DNA from: Candidatus Latescibacterota bacterium
GTDB taxonomy: Bacteria; Latescibacterota; UBA2968; UBA8231
DNA length: 64,000 nt
Direction of reading: 5' to 3'
NCBI GenBank assembly: GCA_965243025.1
Contig: CBDETY010000003.1
Span: 1,056,001 to 1,120,000 of the forward strand
Shown: piece after piece, positions 59,207 to 64,000 of the stretch
Layout: the number at the start of each line of letters is the position of its first letter
Numbering within the stretch: position 1 is the first letter of the stretch
The notes under the pieces: generated by a model
Database searches by the model: none
Told to the model about the DNA's origin: nothing
The model's input: only the letters and a program-made list of their open reading frames with translations
Program-made: the position numbers and the translations under genes

Positions 59207-59401
59207 CCCCGTCCTGCCTGCCGGAAATGAAGGGGAGCCGCATGCGCAGCTGGGGTGGAACTATTTTGTTGTTTTTTCGGTAGTTATGCAGATTTTCCCG
59301 GCCGCTGTTGACCCGCGCCTAATTTATTGGTAATCTATTGCGGACAATTCGCCACTCGTACACCTGTCACGAGACAGAAAGCCTAAGGAGGAAACAACGA
59401 G

Positions 59402-60322
59402 ATGAAGCGAATACCACTGATCCTCGCACTTGGCCTCTTTTTTGCGGCCAACGCGTTCGCGCACAACGGCGCCTTGACGTTCATGCCGACCGTGCCGGAT
59501 CCGACTGCCATGACCATGGATGGCACCGAAGACGACTGGGAGTGGTATGACCGCACCTTCGCGGTCACCCCGGAAGAGATCGGATCCTGGTTCGGTGAGC
59601 ACGTCGAGCAGGGAGGCAACCCGAATCCGACCGACTGGAGCGGCAGCTACTTCATCGCCTGGAGCCCCCCGCCGGACAACCGCTTCTGGTTCTTCGCGCG
59701 CGTCTTCGACGATACTCTTCGCGCTGCCGAGGGCGAGAACAAGGGCGCCTGGTGGAACGACGACGTCGTCCAGCTGTCCATCGACGGCGATCACTCGGGC
59801 GGGGGCTACCTTGCCAACGAAGTCGCCGAAGACATCAACAACGGGTACCGCATCCAGCAGCACCCGTTGTTCTCCGACGAGTTCGGCGTCGACATCGGCG
59901 GCGGCGCCCTTCCCCCGGAAGGTGAGTGGGGCGGCGATCCCGAGTGGATCGACTTTGGCGGCACCATTCTGCCTGCCGATGCCGATCACCTCTCGACCAA
60001 CCTCGAATACACCTATGAAATGTCGCTGACGATGTTCGATTTCTACGACATCTTCGGTCCGGAAGACAGCGTCATTCACACTTTCGAGCCCGATCAGGTT
60101 ATCGGACTCACCGTCCGTTTCTGCGACGGGGACCGCGGTGAGAACGGCGAACAGGACGGTTGGGGACTGCTCACCGGCAACTACCTCGGCGACCGCGACG
60201 GCGACCAGTCCGGCGACGCCCAGGCCCTCCTGACCATCGAGAGTCTCGACGGTTACCCGGACGGCAAGGGCACGGCTGTCGAGAGCGTTACCTGGGGTCG
60301 TATCAAGAGCAACACCAAGTAA
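59402..60322 (+). CDS. Secreted acidic CBM9/DOMON-like protein with TAVESVTWGRIK tail
   Basis: AGGAGG RBS, signal peptide (ANAFA), MDG..DDW, F.ARV.DD, WNDD.V...IDGDHSGG, YTYE. Confidence 0.75.
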   Translation: MKRIPLILALGLFFAANAFAHNGALTFMPTVPDPTAMTMDGTEDDWEWYDRTFAVTPEEIGSWFGEHVEQGGNPNPTDWSGSYFIAWSPPPDNRFWFFARVFDDTLRAAEGENKGAWWNDDVVQLSIDGDHSGGGYLANEVAEDINNGYRIQQHPLFSDEFGVDIGGGALPPEGEWGGDPEWIDFGGTILPADADHLSTNLEYTYEMSLTMFDFYDIFGPEDSVIHTFEPDQVIGLTVRFCDGDRGENGEQDGWGLLTGNYLGDRDGDQSGDAQALLTIESLDGYPDGKGTAVESVTWGRIKSNTK

Positions 60323-60353
60323 GACCCGGGGTGCTTGACAGGTAGAGCCATTC

Positions 60354-60389
60354 GAGGGGGCGAGGGACATCTGTTCCCCGCCCCCTCTT
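60354..60389 (+). terminator. GC-rich hairpin after the CBM9-like gene
   Basis: GAGGGGGCGAGGGACA-tc-TGTTCCCCGCCCCCTC followed by only a short T run. Confidence 0.5.
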
Positions 60390-60598
60390 GCATGACCGGA
60401 GCGTTTCCAGCCAGACTGTCCGGCCCGGCAACCACAGTCTCGTCATTTTTTCGAAAAACTTCATCAAACCTTGCCCATGCGGGGATCTGGAACAGGGGGG
60501 ACAGGGGGTCTGTTATTCACTCCTTGTCCCCTTTTTGCTTTCGCCGACGGTTTTCTGAATCCCGAAGCAGGGCGGGCCGGGCGAACAGGAAATTGCAA

Positions 60599-62542
60599 GT
60601 GACCAAGCAGTGGAAGGCCGGCGCGGCCGGTGCTGCCCTGACGTTTTTTGCCGTGTACAACACGGTCGGCGCCGAGGTGACCTGGTGGGAGGTAAACGGC
60701 GACGGGGGCGGATGGAGCTCCCCCGATCTGAACAGGTCCTCGACCGCCATCGATTTCGGATTTGAAAGAGCCATTCAGATAGCCGGGTTCCAGCCTGGTG
60801 ACAACATCGTCGGGAGTCTGGCCTGGGAGGATGGATTTCCCCAGGGCGGTTTCGCGGTCGAGCGCCCCCGGGCGCACATCTGGAACAACTATCCGCTGAA
60901 ATCCACCGACATCCCGATGGTCGACGGCGACCCGGAGACCTCGACCGAAGACCGGTTCAAGGTGTTCGGGGCATCCCAGACCGGCAGGCAGTTCTATCTC
61001 GATCTCGGCAGCCGCTTCCCGCTGAACCGGATGACCTTCTTTCCACGGCTCACCGGCCTCAGTCCGACCGGCGATCCCTTGAGCGACGATTTCATTCGCG
61101 GTTACGAGGTCCATTTCAACGACGGCCTGCTGCTGGGCGAAGACGGGCGGCCAATCTACAATTTGCTGAAACGGGTGGACCTGACTCGCGACAGTGTCGC
61201 GGTGGTCGAGTTTCCGCTGCAGTTCGTCCGCCACCTCCGCCTTGAAGTGATCCAGCCCAACCCCTTCGAGATCGCCGAGATTCAGTTGTTCGGTGCCGGG
61301 TTCGTTCCCAGGGCGGAGTACTTGTCCAACGTCATCGATCTCGGGCGGCCGGTGAACTTCGGCAGGCTGGGGTGGAACGCAACCAGGCTGCGCCTGCTGA
61401 ACGAGGAGATCATCTTCGAGGATGGGGCGGCGGCTTCCGCGTTTCTGCAGATGAAATCCGGATCGGACGATTCCCCCCTGATCCATTTCCAGATCACCAA
61501 CAAGTTCTTCGGAGAAACCGCGGAAGTGTCCGAGAGCGACTACAATTCACTGGCCCCGGACGACCGCGGGGGGATCGAGGACGATCAGATCAACTGGAGT
61601 CCGTGGTCGGAGCCGTTCACCGAATCCGGCCAACTGATTGCCCTTCCCAGTCCGCGGCAGTTCTTCCAGTTCCGCGTCGTCATGGAGAGCGAGTCGATTC
61701 TCGACGGCATCCGGCTCGATTCCCTGGCGGTCGAGATCTCCTCTCCACCGCTGGCCAACTCCCTCATCGGAGAGATCTCGCTGCTCGACGAACCTCAACC
61801 CGAAGGACGGTTCGCCGTGGTTCCCGCCGGAGAGACCGCCACCTTCGCCTACGACATCCATGCCGACGTCAGCGGCGAAGCGATCGGGTTCGACGCCCTG
61901 ATGATTTTCACCCCTTCCACTGCCGTTTTCCGGGAATTCCACATGGGGGAGAACGATCTCTCGCTGGCCCCGGTGACTCCGGAGAAAGTAACCTCGACGG
62001 AGGAGGTGCTGACTCTGGAGTTTCCCGGCAACCGGGTGATCTCCGAAACCTCCATGCGGGTGGTGTTCGACGCCCAGGTCCTGATTCAGGCTACCTCCTT
62101 CGATGCCGAGGCGTTCGATACCCAGAGCGAGGAGTTGACCCAACCGGTGTTGCCCTCGAATGCCACCGACCTCGTCAATACCGACAAACTGCAGGTCCTG
62201 ACTTCGGCGGAAACGCGCCGGGACGTGTTGAGCTCACTCGAAATCGCACCCAGGGTCCTCACCCCCAACGGTGACGCCGTCAACGACGCGGCGGGGATCG
62301 ATTTTCAGATCCTTCAGGTGCTCGAGGAGGTACCGATCCGGATCGAGGTTTTCGACCTTTCGGGGCGGCGGGTTCGGACCCTGGTGGACACCCGGTTCGG
62401 GCGGGGTGTGTACGGAGAGTCCTGGGACGGCACCGACTCGAGCGGCAAGGTCGTACCGGTCGGACTCTACATCATCCGGGTCGCCGTCGAGAGCATCGTC
62501 GAGGATTTCTCGGAAGCAGTGGCGGTCGGTGTGGCTTATTGA
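60599..62542 (+). CDS. Secreted protein with C-terminal FlgD-Ig / T9SS-CTD-like domain (distant paralog)
   Basis: Start reassigned to GTG after AGGA; DGDP.T, FPLQFVR, NWSPWS, RLDSL, GFDA, TPNGDAVND, VFDLSGRRVR, WDG.D..G..V..G.Y. Confidence 0.85.
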   Translation: MTKQWKAGAAGAALTFFAVYNTVGAEVTWWEVNGDGGGWSSPDLNRSSTAIDFGFERAIQIAGFQPGDNIVGSLAWEDGFPQGGFAVERPRAHIWNNYPLKSTDIPMVDGDPETSTEDRFKVFGASQTGRQFYLDLGSRFPLNRMTFFPRLTGLSPTGDPLSDDFIRGYEVHFNDGLLLGEDGRPIYNLLKRVDLTRDSVAVVEFPLQFVRHLRLEVIQPNPFEIAEIQLFGAGFVPRAEYLSNVIDLGRPVNFGRLGWNATRLRLLNEEIIFEDGAAASAFLQMKSGSDDSPLIHFQITNKFFGETAEVSESDYNSLAPDDRGGIEDDQINWSPWSEPFTESGQLIALPSPRQFFQFRVVMESESILDGIRLDSLAVEISSPPLANSLIGEISLLDEPQPEGRFAVVPAGETATFAYDIHADVSGEAIGFDALMIFTPSTAVFREFHMGENDLSLAPVTPEKVTSTEEVLTLEFPGNRVISETSMRVVFDAQVLIQATSFDAEAFDTQSEELTQPVLPSNATDLVNTDKLQVLTSAETRRDVLSSLEIAPRVLTPNGDAVNDAAGIDFQILQVLEEVPIRIEVFDLSGRRVRTLVDTRFGRGVYGESWDGTDSSGKVVPVGLYIIRVAVESIVEDFSEAVAVGVAY

Positions 62543-62579
62543 AGGTGCCCCGCCAATCATCAACCTGGGAGGCCTGAAG

Positions 62580-64000
62580 ATGAAAATCGCCTGCAAGGGA
62601 CTTTGCGTAGCCGTGATGCTGTGCTGCTCTACAGGAGTCCGGGCCCAGGACCAGGAAGCCTGGACCTTCGGCGGCAACGGCGGGGTTTCGTGGTCCGAGT
62701 GGATGGACCTCAACGTCATGGTCGACGATTTCTCCACCCCGGGCGCAATCCAGCCGCGGGAGCTCAGACCCGGCGTCAACCTGCTGCCCCAACTGACGGC
62801 GTTGGGTGACGCCGTTTCATTGTCCTCCCCCGAGGGATCGTTCTGGTCGCGCTGGCAGAAACCGCTCGACCCGTTCTGGGAGGACGGCCTCCCCCGCATG
62901 TGGCGCGGCTACCAGAATCTTTCCTGGGCAACGGTTTTCATGCCGATCGAAAAATACGTCGACGGGGATCCCACGACGTTCAACTGGTTTCTCAACTTCG
63001 GTCCCGGGTGCAACAAGACCGCCAGCGAGTTCTACACCATCGACGTGGGAGCGCCCGTTCCGGTAACGGGGTTCCGCCTTGTCGAACCCCCCGTGACGGA
63101 AACCGATCCTCTGGGAAACCCCTGGGCAGAGGGGTACAGCCCCACGGACCGTTTCGGAGAGCCATGGGCGAACTACATACCCAAGCACGGGGAGTTCTCA
63201 GGCGCCCTCGACCCGGCCCCCATAGCCACCGAAGGGGAAGACGAGCATATATGCAGTCTCGTATACAAGCCCCTCGAGTTCGTGCTGGGCGGGGTCGAGC
63301 AGAACCTCGTGGCTCCAATCGAGTTCACCTTTCCGCCGCAGTACCTGCGCTTCTTTCGCTGGCGGACCTTCCCGGAAAACACGCGCACCGTGGGGGGCCA
63401 GACCGCAAGTTCGGTGCTCTCGATCGCCAAGATCGCCTACGCCGAGTTCGAGCTGTACGGCGACGGTTACTCGGCCGCATCCAGGTACCGGAGCCATGTG
63501 GTGGACCTCGGACGGACCGCCACTCTGGGCGCCGTGACAATGGGGGTGAGCAAGTGGCGCCGGGAAGGGGACGTGCTCGTGGAGGCGCCTGACGCCGATG
63601 CCAGTCTCTCGATTCGGATCAAGACGGGATCTACCCCGGATCCGAGGCAGTACCACACCTACAACGACCAGTCGGAATACGTCGAAATTTCCGGCGAGGA
63701 ATTTTCCCAGCTCAAGGTGCGCGGCAATCCTCAGGACCCTCAATGGGTGGGCTGGCAAGGTCCGGTGACCGAAGACCGCACCAACTGGACGCCCTGGTCG
63801 GGCCTGATCAAGAAGTCCGGAACCCAGGTTGGACTGCGAAGCGGACAGTACTTCACGGTCGAGGTGGAATTGGAGTCGGGAACCCCGACGGATATGGTGC
63901 GGCTCGATTCCCTGTCGATCGAGGTCTCTCCCCTTCTCGCTTCCAGGCTGGTCGGGGAACTCGCTGTCGCCGATGACGCCCTGTTCCCGGCGATGCCGGA
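62580..64000 (+). CDS. Secreted protein, paralog of 54028/57188, 3'-partial
   Basis: Not in ORF track. MKIACKGLCVAVMLCC...WTFGG...DDFSTPG..QPREL...WEDGLPRMWR...YTIDVGAPVP...VGWQGPV...RLDSL. Confidence 0.85.
   Translation, partial: MKIACKGLCVAVMLCCSTGVRAQDQEAWTFGGNGGVSWSEWMDLNVMVDDFSTPGAIQPRELRPGVNLLPQLTALGDAVSLSSPEGSFWSRWQKPLDPFWEDGLPRMWRGYQNLSWATVFMPIEKYVDGDPTTFNWFLNFGPGCNKTASEFYTIDVGAPVPVTGFRLVEPPVTETDPLGNPWAEGYSPTDRFGEPWANYIPKHGEFSGALDPAPIATEGEDEHICSLVYKPLEFVLGGVEQNLVAPIEFTFPPQYLRFFRWRTFPENTRTVGGQTASSVLSIAKIAYAEFELYGDGYSAASRYRSHVVDLGRTATLGAVTMGVSKWRREGDVLVEAPDADASLSIRIKTGSTPDPRQYHTYNDQSEYVEISGEEFSQLKVRGNPQDPQWVGWQGPVTEDRTNWTPWSGLIKKSGTQVGLRSGQYFTVEVELESGTPTDMVRLDSLSIEVSPLLASRLVGELAVADDALFPAMP

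Larger units (their letters stand above)
53480..59241. repeat. Tandem duplication of a [dehydrogenase(-) + secreted FlgD-Ig protein(+)] unit
   Basis: Junction motif GGGAGCCGC at 53480, 56068 and 59233; units of 2588 and 3165 bp. Confidence 0.9.

Overview
High-GC bacterial chromosomal window with about 60 genes. It is mostly catabolic: four PhyH-type Fe/2OG dioxygenases, SDR, Gfo/Idh/MocA, VOC, enolase and aldolase enzymes, and two ABC importers. It also has glnA-glnE and four type II toxin-antitoxin loci, two of them decayed. The gene repertoire (PhyH expansion, FlgD-Ig secreted proteins, a C-terminal TAVE..TWGRIK tail) suggests an FCB-type lineage such as Ca. Latescibacterota, possibly host-associated; this is inference only. 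No rRNA, tRNA, CRISPR array or transposase was seen. Most notable: (1) An ORF missing from the supplied track at 32541-32819(-) encodes a DUF5069-like protein with an in-frame TGA at the family Cys position, followed at once by a SECIS-like hairpin. It is a probable selenoprotein, located in a co-directional lectin / atypical kinase / SDR / VOC / isomerase cluster. (2) An array of paralogous secreted proteins at 54028-64000 with T9SS-CTD/FlgD-like C-termini, partly created by a ~3 kb tandem duplication. (3) A GH32-fold protein lacking its catalytic residues. (4) Repeated two-copy tandem duplications with units from 58 bp to 3 kb.
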